Below the pieces are notes generated by a model, which worked only from the letters and a program-made list of their open reading frames with translations, was not told the DNA's origin and ran no database searches. Both the position numbers and the translations under genes were made by a program. Shown in pieces: positions 18,326 through 27,619 of a DNA stretch of 64,000 bases. The stretch is from a virus, in IMG/VR virus record IMGVR_UViG_3300010160_000035, positions 15,639 through 79,638 of that record, one strand, 5' to 3'. Within the stretch, counting starts at the first letter, position 1; every line of letters begins with the position of its first letter.

Positions 18326-18619
18326 TTAACTAACTGTTTCTTTTGGTAGAAAATGTTCTTTTAATTCTTCAAAAGAATACTCATTATCATGAATATCTAT
18401 AAATGAATCAACTGGTTCTATCCAAGTAAAATCAGGATCAAATACTCTAATTTCACAATAAGCATTGAAATTATAGTTACTAATAACTAGTATTTCAATT
18501 TCAGTTTTACTTGTTTTAACTGCTTTGTAAAATCTACGAGCTGATCCACAGCTTTCTACAAACTTTTGACCTATTGGACAATTGTTAAATTCTTCTTGAG
18601 TTAAATCTTTAATTTGCAT
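18326..18619 (-). CDS. Hypothetical early protein
   Basis: 97 aa ORF. Confidence 0.6.
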   Translation of the reverse strand: MQIKDLTQEEFNNCPIGQKFVESCGSARRFYKAVKTSKTEIEILVISNYNFNAYCEIRVFDPDFTWIEPVDSFIDIHDNEYSFEELKEHFLPKETVS

Positions 18620-18913
18620 TGTTTTTAAATTAGAATGTGAGTAAAAAGATTCATTGCACCAGTATCGTCATATCTCAAGGTTGGCTCCACTATTACACCC
18701 GTAGATGTGTTTCATAGCCTCTGACGTATCCTGATATACTGTATATGTGCAATATAGATGATTTTTGTCACGGTATCACCAACCTCTATACCCTTTTTAG
18801 GGGGTTTGCGCAGTCTAACTATTTCAGAGAATAATACATCTCACCTGCCGTTGTTTTAAAACAGGAGAAAGCAGAGCCACTTAAAAGTGGATGCTTTCCG
18901 TACCTGTCATATT

Positions 18914-19189
18914 TTAATCAAACTTGGACACTTTATCTATCCAATCAGCAATTTCATTGGTGTCACAATACCCTTGAACAACATCACCACCAAAGTCATA
19001 CCAATCACCATTTTTATCCCAAATAGCAATCTCTGCATTTGATGATTCTACAGTATCTTGTTTTTCAAGATCCATACCTGCAGGATGGTTTTTGTTATCA
19101 CAATAATTACCATAACCAAATTGAACTGATATAGTCCAATTGTTAGCAAATGTCATTGCAAATCCTTTTTTTGTTCTTGATCTAAGCAT
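18914..19189 (-). CDS. Hypothetical early protein
   Basis: FANNWTISVQFGYGNYC..AEIAIW..DVVQGY, a common phage motif. Confidence 0.65.
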   Translation of the reverse strand: MLRSRTKKGFAMTFANNWTISVQFGYGNYCDNKNHPAGMDLEKQDTVESSNAEIAIWDKNGDWYDFGGDVVQGYCDTNEIADWIDKVSKFD

Positions 19190-19207
19190 TTTGTTTGTTT
19201 TAGATGA

Positions 19208-19399
19208 TTAATTATATACTACGTCAATTGCAATTGCAACTAACAACAATGGTAATGCTGTATAACAAGTAATACTTGCAAACATAAGAAATATTTCAGA
19301 TTCATTGACAGCTAATGATACAGTTGTCAAAGTAAATCCCACTAATACAATGGTGAGAATTACTTTCAGGAGTATTTCAAGAACTTTAAGCATTTTCAT
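19208..19399 (-). CDS. Small two-TM membrane protein
   Basis: Two hydrophobic stretches. Confidence 0.55.
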   Translation of the reverse strand: MKMLKVLEILLKVILTIVLVGFTLTTVSLAVNESEIFLMFASITCYTALPLLLVAIAIDVVYN

Positions 19400-19756
19400 T
19401 TTATTTAAAGATTTAGTGAATACAAGAGTAAAACTTTGATAACATTATCACCTTCAAGAAATTAATCTGGCAGGTTGGTGTTACATTGGTCTCCGAAGGG
19501 TTTTATCCCAAGTCCAACATAATGTTATCAAAGTTATTGTGTCCATTCATCATCCTATTACAGGTATGTATCACATAGTGACTAAGGCTTGGACTAAGCT
19601 GTTTGAGGTTGAGAACATAATATGTGCTATATATTTAATAATGAACCATGAGAAGCACAGAATAACAAATGGTCTGATGAAAGAGGGTAGATATATATCA
19701 ACAATAAAAGAAACAGAGAACCCAAAGGGTTCTACTGTTTCCATTGATGACAATGA

Positions 19757-20029
19757 TTAAGGTACAATGTTGAAAGGTGACGCAGGAACCTGAACAACTT
19801 GTGGCTGAAGCATTGGCTTCAATGCATTACCTACAGCTAACACAGTATCACGCGAAGTGATGATACCTTTACCACTTGCTAACATTATAAACTTAGGCTC
19901 AATCTTCAACAAGTAGGCAATGCCTGCCATTACTATTGTTGAGTCATAGAGTAAATCTACATTCTCATTAGTGATTTCAACTGATTTTTCTGAGGCTTTG
20001 CCTAATCTAGAGACAATTAATTCATTCAT
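19757..20029 (-). CDS. Hypothetical protein, first gene of the leftward arm
   Basis: 90 aa ORF after the strand switch. Confidence 0.55.
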   Translation of the reverse strand: MNELIVSRLGKASEKSVEITNENVDLLYDSTIVMAGIAYLLKIEPKFIMLASGKGIITSRDTVLAVGNALKPMLQPQVVQVPASPFNIVP

Positions 20030-20154
20030 GATTTTAAGTATTAATTAAAGTTGGGGGCCATTGGCGGCTAATGATTAGGGAGGGTGGTTTTGTAGAGTAG
20101 GTACCCACTTCCATATCCACAAAACATTTTTGTTTTTTATAAAAAAATTTTATT

Positions 20155-20162
20155 TACCTTTG
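20155..20162 (+). promoter_or_regulatory. Bacteroidota sigma70 -7 element
   Basis: TACCTTTG with TTTG about 22 nt upstream. Confidence 0.6.
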
Positions 20163-20476
20163 TACTGTAACCTAATTTTAACACACCTCTTAAAGTTAGA
20201 CCACCCATAAGTAAAAGTGGGTTAGAAGTTGGATTAGCAGAACTAAATAAGTTCAAAGGTTTTCTCCGATAGTTACAAAAATGGAATTTATATAAAGCAG
20301 GACTACCACCAACGTGTAAGGGAAAGAGTAGGCTAGGGGCTAAAAACCAACTGTGGAAATTAAATTTTAAATGCTAATGACCTCAAGGGGAAAATTATAC
20401 CTACTCAGTAACAGGTGATTATATTAAAAGTAAACAGATTTGTTTATTTTTATCTTGGATATCCAATCTATGGTTT

Positions 20477-20484
20477 TACATTTG
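20477..20484 (+). promoter_or_regulatory. Bacteroidota sigma70 -7 element
   Basis: TACATTTG just upstream of the 20501 ORF. Confidence 0.65.
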
Positions 20485-20500
20485 TAAAAAAATATAAGAT

Positions 20501-20821
20501 ATGATTATGTATGAACCACACCCTAAGGGTATTTTAATTGAGTACAAGGAAGCAACTAAAACTTCAACTGGAGTTTACCTTCCTGATGGAATGCAAAATT
20601 TTGAATTAGATGATTACAACGGAGATTTAATTATTGCTGTTGGTAAAGATGTTGAACTTTATAAGGTAGGAGATACTATTATGTTTTTCCCTCATTCTAT
20701 TCCTACATCTTTTCAAGGTAAAGATTCTGATGGAGAGAAACACAAGTACCAAATGTTTAGAGAAGCTGATATCTGCTGTAAATGTATTGTTAATACTATT
20801 GAGCCTTCAACAATTTTATAA
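20501..20821 (+). CDS. groES: GroES/Cpn10-like co-chaperonin
   Basis: KTSTGVYLP, IIAVGKDV, KVGDTI, FREADI. Confidence 0.75.
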   Translation: MIMYEPHPKGILIEYKEATKTSTGVYLPDGMQNFELDDYNGDLIIAVGKDVELYKVGDTIMFFPHSIPTSFQGKDSDGEKHKYQMFREADICCKCIVNTIEPSTIL

Positions 20822-21045
20822 TGCTACAGTTAAATCCACCATTATGGTTATACATTCCAGAACTCAATGCCTATGGGTTAGCTCACTTTGTTGAGAACCA
20901 TGGGTTAGAGCATCATTTATATTGGACTGTATTTATGGATAATGGTGAGATTTGGACTTTACCTAATGATAGAGTAAGGGCTGGGTATAATAATACTTTA
21001 GATAGACATGAAAAGAATAGAGATAATGGCAAGTCAACTCAATGA
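20821..21045 (+). CDS. Hypothetical phage protein
   Basis: LQLNPPL..GEIWT..N..VRA..N.T motif. Confidence 0.65.
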   Translation: MLQLNPPLWLYIPELNAYGLAHFVENHGLEHHLYWTVFMDNGEIWTLPNDRVRAGYNNTLDRHEKNRDNGKSTQ

Positions 21046-21217
21046 GTTGTATACTACAGTAAATCACTTGCATAGGAATAAGCAACTAACTGAACATATG
21101 GATGCAGATATAGAACATGGTGGCAATGTTATCAGGTTTATATATGATAGGAATATGGGAAGAAAAGGATCTTGGGTAGTCATCACACCTATTAGTGTGG
21201 TGTATGATGAAGATTAA
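21008..21217 (+). CDS. Hypothetical protein
   Basis: 69 aa ORF. Confidence 0.45.
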   Translation: MKRIEIMASQLNELYTTVNHLHRNKQLTEHMDADIEHGGNVIRFIYDRNMGRKGSWVVITPISVVYDED

Positions 21218-21247
21218 TTTTGTATTTTTGTTTTAAGATTATAAACA

Positions 21248-21538
21248 ATGATTATAGATCCTAAGTGTGGATCAAATACTGTGGTGTTTGTTCACAAAGA
21301 ATTTGATGCAGTAATAGAAAAACTAGGTGTATATACAGAACTTGCTAAGAAATTTATTAAGAGAAATAAAAGGTATCAGTATATCAAACATGTGGAGAAA
21401 CTTCCTGATGGTAAATGGGTCCTGGTTTTTAAAGTACTGCCATCTAATCATGAATCTATTAAGGAATATAATAGGATTGTAGAGGGGAGCAAGAGAGAAC
21501 TTTGGATTAACTACTTAAACCACTTTATAATAGGATGA
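21248..21538 (+). CDS. Hypothetical protein
   Basis: 96 aa ORF preceded by TAnnTTTG at 21215-21230. Confidence 0.6.
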   Translation: MIIDPKCGSNTVVFVHKEFDAVIEKLGVYTELAKKFIKRNKRYQYIKHVEKLPDGKWVLVFKVLPSNHESIKEYNRIVEGSKRELWINYLNHFIIG

Positions 21539-21858
21539 TAATCAAGGCTCTTGAACAACTATTTACTTTTAAAGATTCTACCAATGAGAATGGAGAACCC
21601 ATTACTCTTGAGATTCCTGGAAAGTTTATAGTCAAGAGAGTTGAGATTCAAGAAGTGTTAGAGTTTTCAGAGATTATTAATGAGAGAACTAACAAGCCAT
21701 ACAAAACTAGATGCCTACTTAGGACTATAGAAGGTTGGTTACCTGTTAAGCATTCTTTTGAGCAATTAATGGAAATGAAAAATACACCACAAAGAATAAC
21801 AATAAGAGGATTTTATGCTGCAGCAAGAAGTAGTAAAGGTATTAACAGAAATAAGTAA
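21535..21858 (+). CDS. Hypothetical protein
   Basis: 107 aa ORF with ATGA overlap. Confidence 0.6.
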   Translation: MIIKALEQLFTFKDSTNENGEPITLEIPGKFIVKRVEIQEVLEFSEIINERTNKPYKTRCLLRTIEGWLPVKHSFEQLMEMKNTPQRITIRGFYAAARSSKGINRNK

Positions 21859-22078
21859 AAGGCATAATATATCATACAAAGATGCTAAGAGTATCTACTG
21901 TGATGTGTTTGTTTTTCTAACAGAAAGATTTAGTAAAATTACTGATAGCAATCCAGAAACTTGGAATAATAACTGTATTGTCAAAAATTTTGGTAAATTT
22001 GTAGTAAATAAAAGCAAATTAAAAAGATATGGAATTAATAAAAAGATTGAGAGACAATCCAATGAACTCTCCACTTAA
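21815..22078 (+). CDS. HU/IHF-like DNA-binding protein
   Basis: EISKRHNISYKDAKSI..IVKNFGKFVV pattern. Confidence 0.55.
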   Translation: MLQQEVVKVLTEISKRHNISYKDAKSIYCDVFVFLTERFSKITDSNPETWNNNCIVKNFGKFVVNKSKLKRYGINKKIERQSNELST

Positions 22079-22412
22079 GTTTATAGGAAGATTATTTGAA
22101 CTTAGGGATGCTGCTCATGTAGAGCATTTAAAAACTAGAAGCTTTGCTGCACACAGTGCTTTAAACACATTCTATGATGAATTACTTGAACTAGCTGATG
22201 GCTTTGTGGAAAGCTACCAAGGTAAGTATGGCATTGTTACTATTGATATTAAACACACAAAGCCAGATAATTTTCTAAGCTACCTTACAGAGTTTGCTAA
22301 TTATGTAGAAAGCTCAAGAGATGTGTTTAAAGATGAGTGGTTAAGAAACCAAGTTGATGAGATTTCTTCATTAACATACTCTACAATTTATAAATTAACT
22401 TACCTTAAGTAA
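22062..22412 (+). CDS. Ferritin-like four-helix bundle (DUF5856-like)
   Basis: AHVEHLKTRSFAAHSALNTFYD..DGFVESYQGKYG..YKLTYLK. Confidence 0.75.
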   Translation: MNSPLKFIGRLFELRDAAHVEHLKTRSFAAHSALNTFYDELLELADGFVESYQGKYGIVTIDIKHTKPDNFLSYLTEFANYVESSRDVFKDEWLRNQVDEISSLTYSTIYKLTYLK

Positions 22413-22933
22413 TGAAGATTTTTGATCTAAAAGATAATGAGATTACTATCTCACCAGAGATCTTAACTATTGAGTGTTTTGAGACTCTTTGGAAGAGTGA
22501 CAAAAGTAAAAATAAGATTAATGCTTACAACGACTTTAAGTATATTTACCATTTATGTGATTTCAACTCTCCATATAATAACTACTCGCAGGAAAAAAGA
22601 ATTGAAGCAATCAAGGAGGAAGTTGTTGGTAACAAAGAATATGAAGCTTCAGAGCAAGTCCAGCAGGCTTGTAAGATATACAAAAACTTAAAGGAGACAC
22701 CTATTGAAAGGTTGTTTAATAGTGTTAAGGATAAGATAGAAGAAATGTCAGACTATTTAAAAGAGAATACCCTTGATAGTGAATCAGTTACACCAGTATT
22801 AAAGATAATGGATTCTATTAGTAAGGTAATCTCACAATACAAGACATTAGAATCAGCAGTTAAATCTGAAAAGGAAACTACTGCTATTAAGAATAGAGGA
22901 GATAAAATTGTAAACACATCTTTTAATGTATGA
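22412..22933 (+). CDS. Conserved crAss-like protein upstream of TerL, candidate small terminase
   Basis: Position directly before TerL with start/stop overlap. Confidence 0.5.
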   Translation: MKIFDLKDNEITISPEILTIECFETLWKSDKSKNKINAYNDFKYIYHLCDFNSPYNNYSQEKRIEAIKEEVVGNKEYEASEQVQQACKIYKNLKETPIERLFNSVKDKIEEMSDYLKENTLDSESVTPVLKIMDSISKVISQYKTLESAVKSEKETTAIKNRGDKIVNTSFNV

Positions 22934-24972
22934 TATTAAGTAATACAAAAGCATTCCTAGAGGCTAGAACAGAGTTTGAAACTACGGGATTTTATACTAA
23001 AGCTCTTATTGGTACATACCAGTATAATGAGTTTTGGAAAGAGGAAGTAAGAAAGTGTATGGAAGGTGTAACTATAGGAAATACTACAATACCTGGGACA
23101 TATTATTTTTACCTGAACTACACTAGGATGCTTTTAAAAGATGAAAAGACTGGAAGAAAGACTGAAGGATTTCCTAGGTTCACAGATGTGGATTTAGAAT
23201 TCTTTACTCTTATTGAACAGGCTAGAAAAGAGAAGAAAGGTTTTATCATGGTTAAGCCAAGAAGAACTGGATTTTCTTACAAGAATGCTGCACTAGTTGT
23301 GCATGAATACAATTTCTTTAGAAATGCCAAATGTATTATCTCTGCTTATGAAAATAAGTACTCAGATAATACAATGGCTATGACATTAAATAATATTAAC
23401 TTTCTAGATCAGAATACTGTATGGTATAAACCTAGAAACCCTAATACTCAGGACTATGTGAAGTCTAGACATCAACAAAAGATGGAAGATGGTAGAGATG
23501 TATGGGTAGGTTATCAATCTGATATTAGAAAGATTACATTTAAAGATAACTCATTTGCATCTGCAGGTATGAGTAGCTCTATTTTTCTATTTGAGGAAGC
23601 AGGTATCTTTAGTAATATCATAGAATCATACAATATTTCTGAGCCTTGCTGGAAAGATGGGGATGATGTTATTGGTATTCCTATTATTTATGGTACAGGT
23701 GGAGATATGGGTGGGGGAACTGCTGCATTTTCTGAAATGTATTATGATCCAGAGAGGTTTAATCTGTTAGCATTCCCTAATGAGTGGGAACCTGAGAAAG
23801 GAAACCAACAATGTGGGTGGTTTTTACCATCTACTAAGCAAAGGTTTGGGGTTTACACTGATAAAGAAAGTAAAAAGACTTTTCCATTAGTAGATTTTGA
23901 AGGTAATTCCAATGAAGAGTATGCTCTTAAGTCAATTATGGCTTATAGAGAGACTAAAAAGGGTAACCCATCAGCTTATAGAGATGCAGTAACTCAATAT
24001 CCACTTACACCATCAGAAGCATTCTTAGTAACATCAGGAAATATGTTTCCTACTATGTTACTTAATGAAAGGTTAGCTGATATTAAGGTAAATTCTCAAA
24101 AATATGTTGAAAGTAACTGGATTGGTGTAATTGCACCATCAGAAGATGGGGAATTAAGGTTTAATTCTCTAGATAATGTACATCCACTTAGAGATTATCC
24201 AATAAAACGTAGACCTGATGATAGTATAGTAGGATGTATTGAGGTTTATGAACAGCCACAGAAAGATAGTGATGGTAAAGTGTTTGTTAGAAGGTATGTT
24301 GTAGGTATTGACCCCTATGATGATGACTATTCTACTACAGATTCTGTAGGTTGTGCCTTTGTATTTGATAGATTTACTAGAAGAATAGTAGCTGAGTACA
24401 CAGGCAGACCACAATTAGCCAAAGAATTCTATGAAAACTGTAGAAAGTTAATAGTGTACTACAATGCTGCAGGATTTCCCGAGATTAATAAGTTAGGTTT
24501 TGTTACTTATATGGAACACAGAAAGTGTTTACACATGCTAGCAGAGACTCCAATGCAACTTAGAGATAAGATTGAATGGAAACCTAATTTAAATACGTCT
24601 TATGGCTTTAAAGCAACAGAAAGAACAAATACATGGGGTAGAGAGTTGATTAGAGAGTGGTTATTAGAACCAATTGAACCTAACTCAGAAATACTTAATG
24701 TAAATAGACTTCGTTCTACAGGTTTAATACAAGAATTGATTAAGTGGAATAAAGATGGTAATTTTGATAGAGTATCTTCTTTAATTGCTGTATTGATATT
24801 AGATGTAACTTTAAACAAACAAGCAATACAAGCTGAGACAAGAAGTACTAAGAACTTTTTAGAATCTGACTTTTTTAAAGAAAGAGGGTTTTTAAAACAT
24901 AATGATGACCCATTTGCTGATAATAGCTATAATGAAAATGGTGCTTTTTTTAACAACATGTTTGTTAAATAA
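22930..24972 (+). CDS. terL: Terminase large subunit
   Basis: KPRRTGFSY, FEEAG, YGTGG, nuclease GIDPYD, NFDRVS. Confidence 0.92.
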   Translation: MILSNTKAFLEARTEFETTGFYTKALIGTYQYNEFWKEEVRKCMEGVTIGNTTIPGTYYFYLNYTRMLLKDEKTGRKTEGFPRFTDVDLEFFTLIEQARKEKKGFIMVKPRRTGFSYKNAALVVHEYNFFRNAKCIISAYENKYSDNTMAMTLNNINFLDQNTVWYKPRNPNTQDYVKSRHQQKMEDGRDVWVGYQSDIRKITFKDNSFASAGMSSSIFLFEEAGIFSNIIESYNISEPCWKDGDDVIGIPIIYGTGGDMGGGTAAFSEMYYDPERFNLLAFPNEWEPEKGNQQCGWFLPSTKQRFGVYTDKESKKTFPLVDFEGNSNEEYALKSIMAYRETKKGNPSAYRDAVTQYPLTPSEAFLVTSGNMFPTMLLNERLADIKVNSQKYVESNWIGVIAPSEDGELRFNSLDNVHPLRDYPIKRRPDDSIVGCIEVYEQPQKDSDGKVFVRRYVVGIDPYDDDYSTTDSVGCAFVFDRFTRRIVAEYTGRPQLAKEFYENCRKLIVYYNAAGFPEINKLGFVTYMEHRKCLHMLAETPMQLRDKIEWKPNLNTSYGFKATERTNTWGRELIREWLLEPIEPNSEILNVNRLRSTGLIQELIKWNKDGNFDRVSSLIAVLILDVTLNKQAIQAETRSTKNFLESDFFKERGFLKHNDDPFADNSYNENGAFFNNMFVK

Positions 24973-24994
24973 CAATTTGTAACTTAAATAAACG

Positions 24995-25002
24995 TAAATT
25001 TG
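24995..25002 (+). promoter_or_regulatory. Bacteroidota -7 promoter element
   Basis: TAAATTTG before the portal gene. Confidence 0.6.
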
Positions 25003-25012
25003 TAACCTTAAT

Positions 25013-27547
25013 ATGAACAATTTAGTAATACAAGTACCAGAACAAGCTTTACCAGATTCCAAAAAGGATTTAGAATGGGGAATGAGATGTGTAGATGCTG
25101 GGGAGAATGTATTGATGTTTGATTCCTCTGTAGTAAGACAGACTTTTTATAATAAAAAAGTTAACTACAGACTTAGGAACAACATGCTTACAGACAAAGA
25201 TATACAACAGATTTGTGAGCCTTATGGAGTAGAGTTTTCTGCTGCTCCTAAAAGTATGCAACATATTGGATTAGGTAACTCTAAGATTAACACTTTAGTA
25301 GGTGAAGAAGCTAAGAGATTAACTAGATATCCATTTAAAGCTTATATATCATCTGATGACCAAATGGGTATTTCTTCTAAAGAGGAGGCTGTCAGAGATA
25401 TGTGGCATCAAAAATTAGTAGATATAGCAAAACAAAAATTAGAATCTTCTGTAGAAGGACAGCAAGTAGATTCAAAAGCTTTAGAAGAAGAAATGCAGAA
25501 AGAGCTTGGTAAATTTGATAAATACCTTAAGTATAGTTATCAAGATTTAAAAGAAATGACTGCTAATAAGATACTTAAGTATGAGTATAAAAGACTTGAT
25601 GTATCAGATACTTTCCTAAGATGTTGGGAAGACTTTTTAGTTTGTGGTGAAGAGATAGTATGTATTGAAGAATTAGGTAATGATTTAGTATTTAGAAAGG
25701 TTAATCCTTTGTATTTGTTTACTATACAATCTCCTGAGACTTATAAGATTGAAGATGCAGATTGGATTGTAGAATATACAATGATGTCAATAGGTCAAGT
25801 AGTAGATTATTATCACACAGAACTTACTAAAGATGAGATAGATACACTAGAGCAAAGCAAAGAATATAACAGTATGAAAACTGGGGGTATTCAAATGGCT
25901 TATAATAGGGATATTACAGTAGAAGAGAGATTTGGATATACAGCAGGGGAATTGTTTGTTCCCAACCAAATTGCTACACATTATTTTGGGGGTGCCTACG
26001 ACCAGAGAGGGAACGTCAGAATTATGAGGGTGTGCTGGAAATCAAGAAGAAAGATTGGAAAGGTAAAGTACTACGATGAAGATGGAAGCCAACAAGAAAA
26101 GATAGTAGACGAGTACTACAAGATAGATAAAGAAGCTGGAGAGATAGTAGACTACTTATGGATTAATGAGTGGTGGGAAGGAACGAAGATAGCAAACGAT
26201 ATTTATGTAAAGATTAGACCAATCCCTTATCAATCAAGGAGTATGGCTAACTTATCAGAAAGTAAACCACCTTATGTAGGTATTTACTGTAATACTAATA
26301 ATTCAAGGGTAATGTCTTTCATGGACAATATTAAACCAATGGATTATTTATACGATATTTATTTCCACAGATTAAACCTAGCCTTATCAAAATACAAAGG
26401 CCCAATGTTAGGAATCAACGTAAGTATGATTCCATCAGAATGGGATCCTTTGAAGTGGTTGCAGTATGCAGAAGCAACTAACATTTTATTCTTAGACCCA
26501 ACTAACGAAGTACTTAAAGGACCAATGCAGGGTAAATCTGCAGGTACTTTTAATCAAATGTCAGCACAAGGTATTAACCTTGAAATGGGTAACTATATTA
26601 CACAGCACGTTAACCTTATTGGATTTATTAAATCACAGATGGATTTGATATCTGGAGTTAATGAATACAGACAAGGTGATATTAAAGGTGATGCCAATGT
26701 AGGTACATCTAACATGGGATGGTCAGCATCTAACTCAATGACTGAAAAGTATTTTGCACTACATAACTCATTTAAAAGAGATTGTATGCAAAGATTATTA
26801 GAAGTTGCTAAGTATGTTTGGAAAAACAATCCAAAGAAAGTACAGTATGTAGGTGATGATATGATGGTTGAGGTAGTTGATAGTTATGATGAATTCTGTG
26901 AATCTGAATACGATATCCATATAGATGATGGTCCAAATACTCAAGAACTTATGCAAGCACTTAATCAGTTGGCTCATGCAGGTATGCAGACAGGTCAGAT
27001 TAAGTTTAGAGATCTTATTGAAATCTATAAAAAAGATAGTATATCAAGCTTGGCTAGATATCTAGAAGAAGCTCAAGATAAAACAGCACAAGAAATGCAA
27101 GAAAAAGAACAAGCTGATAGACAGCATGAAAAAGAACTTGCACAACAACAAGCTGAACTTCAAGCACAAGCATTGCAGCTTGAGTACGCTAAACTTGATA
27201 GAGAAGATGTTAATAGACAATTAGATAGAGATAATAAAATCCAAATTGAAACTCTTAAAGCTATGGGCTTTGCACAAGACACAGATGTTAATGATAATAT
27301 GATACCTGATGTATTAGAACAAAGTAAGATTGCTTTACAACAACAAAAGCAAACTTATGAACAAATACAAAAAGATAAAGAGCATCAATTAAAATATTCT
27401 GTAGAAAGACAAAGGAATGAAATTGAAAAGAAAAAAATAATTGTTAAAGAAAAAGAAATTACTTCTAAAAAAGAAACTGAAGAACTTAAAGCAGAGACTG
27501 CTTTAAAGATTGCTAAAGAAAATAAGAATAAATATGACAAAAAATAA
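25013..27547 (+). CDS. Portal protein
   Basis: 844 aa after TerL; WINEWWEGTKI motif and long C-terminal coiled coil, typical of crAss-like portals. Confidence 0.85.
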   Translation: MNNLVIQVPEQALPDSKKDLEWGMRCVDAGENVLMFDSSVVRQTFYNKKVNYRLRNNMLTDKDIQQICEPYGVEFSAAPKSMQHIGLGNSKINTLVGEEAKRLTRYPFKAYISSDDQMGISSKEEAVRDMWHQKLVDIAKQKLESSVEGQQVDSKALEEEMQKELGKFDKYLKYSYQDLKEMTANKILKYEYKRLDVSDTFLRCWEDFLVCGEEIVCIEELGNDLVFRKVNPLYLFTIQSPETYKIEDADWIVEYTMMSIGQVVDYYHTELTKDEIDTLEQSKEYNSMKTGGIQMAYNRDITVEERFGYTAGELFVPNQIATHYFGGAYDQRGNVRIMRVCWKSRRKIGKVKYYDEDGSQQEKIVDEYYKIDKEAGEIVDYLWINEWWEGTKIANDIYVKIRPIPYQSRSMANLSESKPPYVGIYCNTNNSRVMSFMDNIKPMDYLYDIYFHRLNLALSKYKGPMLGINVSMIPSEWDPLKWLQYAEATNILFLDPTNEVLKGPMQGKSAGTFNQMSAQGINLEMGNYITQHVNLIGFIKSQMDLISGVNEYRQGDIKGDANVGTSNMGWSASNSMTEKYFALHNSFKRDCMQRLLEVAKYVWKNNPKKVQYVGDDMMVEVVDSYDEFCESEYDIHIDDGPNTQELMQALNQLAHAGMQTGQIKFRDLIEIYKKDSISSLARYLEEAQDKTAQEMQEKEQADRQHEKELAQQQAELQAQALQLEYAKLDREDVNRQLDRDNKIQIETLKAMGFAQDTDVNDNMIPDVLEQSKIALQQQKQTYEQIQKDKEHQLKYSVERQRNEIEKKKIIVKEKEITSKKETEELKAETALKIAKENKNKYDKK

Positions 27548-27595
27548 GCTATATAGGAATATCTTGTATAGATGTAAGGTAAGAATTAATAAACA

Positions 27596-27603
27596 TAATT
27601 TTG
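27596..27603 (+). promoter_or_regulatory. Bacteroidota -7 promoter element
   Basis: TAATTTTG before the 27620 ORF. Confidence 0.55.
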
Positions 27604-27619
27604 TAAACAAATAAGAAAA

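Noticed and set aside
16780-19540. CRISPR array or mini-array in the early-region repeats
   Set aside because: Repeats are few, kilobases apart and form inverted stems; there is no regular repeat-spacer period.
19539-19760. Overlapping ORFs 19539-19760 (+) and 19571-19753 (-)
   Set aside because: Neither has a convincing leader or motif. The segment includes a hairpin (AACAGAGAACCC-AAA-GGGTTCTACTGTT) that is more likely a terminator for 19757-20029.
9419-24972. Introns or inteins in polA or terL
   Set aside because: Both are continuous ORFs of normal length with no intein motifs seen.
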